NCBI GenBank assembly: GCA_964016885.1
Contig: OZ024744.1
Span: 103,106,001-103,170,000, forward strand
Direction of reading: 5' to 3'
Origin: Eledone cirrhosa
Lineage: Eukaryota
DNA length: 64,000 nt
The position numbers were made by a program, and so were the translations under genes. Positions 63,625-64,000 of this stretch are shown one piece after another (position 1 is the stretch's first letter; every line of letters starts with the position of its first letter). The notes below the pieces were generated by a model. The model was not told where the DNA came from. It saw only the letters and a program-made list of their open reading frames with translations, and searched no databases.

Positions 63625-64000
63625 CGGGTCACTCTTCAGTGTTACTTGTAACATGTAACCCAGTACAACCTGTCGCATTGTCGGGTTGTCGGTGACTAAA
63701 CCGGCAACCCCACCAAGTTTACTTGGTGAGGAGGGTGATTTTGGATCCAGGTGACAAGGTTGTAAAGAAAAAGAAATTGTCATTTCTTGTGTAAGCCTTC
63801 ATCCTTTCAATCATGAGAACGTTTTACAAATTTTGAAGGTTTCAGATATCATGGCAATTTGTAGATCATGAATTTAGGAGCCATGTTCTTTCTCTATAAA
63901 TCCCAGTTCAGTTATACTTTGGTCCAGGTGGAATTGTATATAAACTGTAGCTCCAATTATTATATGGTTGAATTTGACCATGTATCTTGGATACAGACTA
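63625..64000 (-). mobile_element. R4/Dong-like 3' end, continuing past the right edge of the window
   Basis: 63755-64000 is colinear with 53660-53830 and 54040-54056 (CAAGGTTGTAAA..AAAGAAATTGTCAT; GTTCAGTTATACTTTGG; TGTATCTTGGATAC). Confidence 0.75.

Overview
Gene-free, repeat-saturated eukaryotic genomic DNA. The SINE/LINE repertoire (tRNA-headed CORE-type SINEs, RTE LINEs with (GAT)n tails, AT/TATG microsatellites) resembles an octopus (coleoid cephalopod) genome; this is an inference, not a database result. Bases 1-30072 are a 48-bp satellite (about 625 monomers) with 2.0, 4.3 and 7.4-7.5 kb internal duplications. Bases 31137-35853 are a 24-bp minisatellite capped by a 41-bp-arm hairpin. 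The rest is nested transposon debris: Helitrons (one decayed RepHel copy and several non-autonomous ones), RTE, L1/Tx1-like and R4/Dong-like LINEs, SINEs and a TTAA-ended MITE. No host gene is supported. Most notable: (1) a 392-bp element with 71-bp direct terminal repeats carrying an intact minimal type I hammerhead ribozyme (37425-37470, minus strand), i.e. a candidate retrozyme/circRNA of about 321 nt; (2) a second, different hammerhead at 53422-53487; (3) the 48-bp satellite aligns with a repeat in the 3' UTR of the RTE/SINE family found in the same window; (4) RTE 5' junctions carry newly formed tandem repeats; (5) R4/Dong-like copies sit in (CATA)n tracts. All alignments and folds were done by eye.
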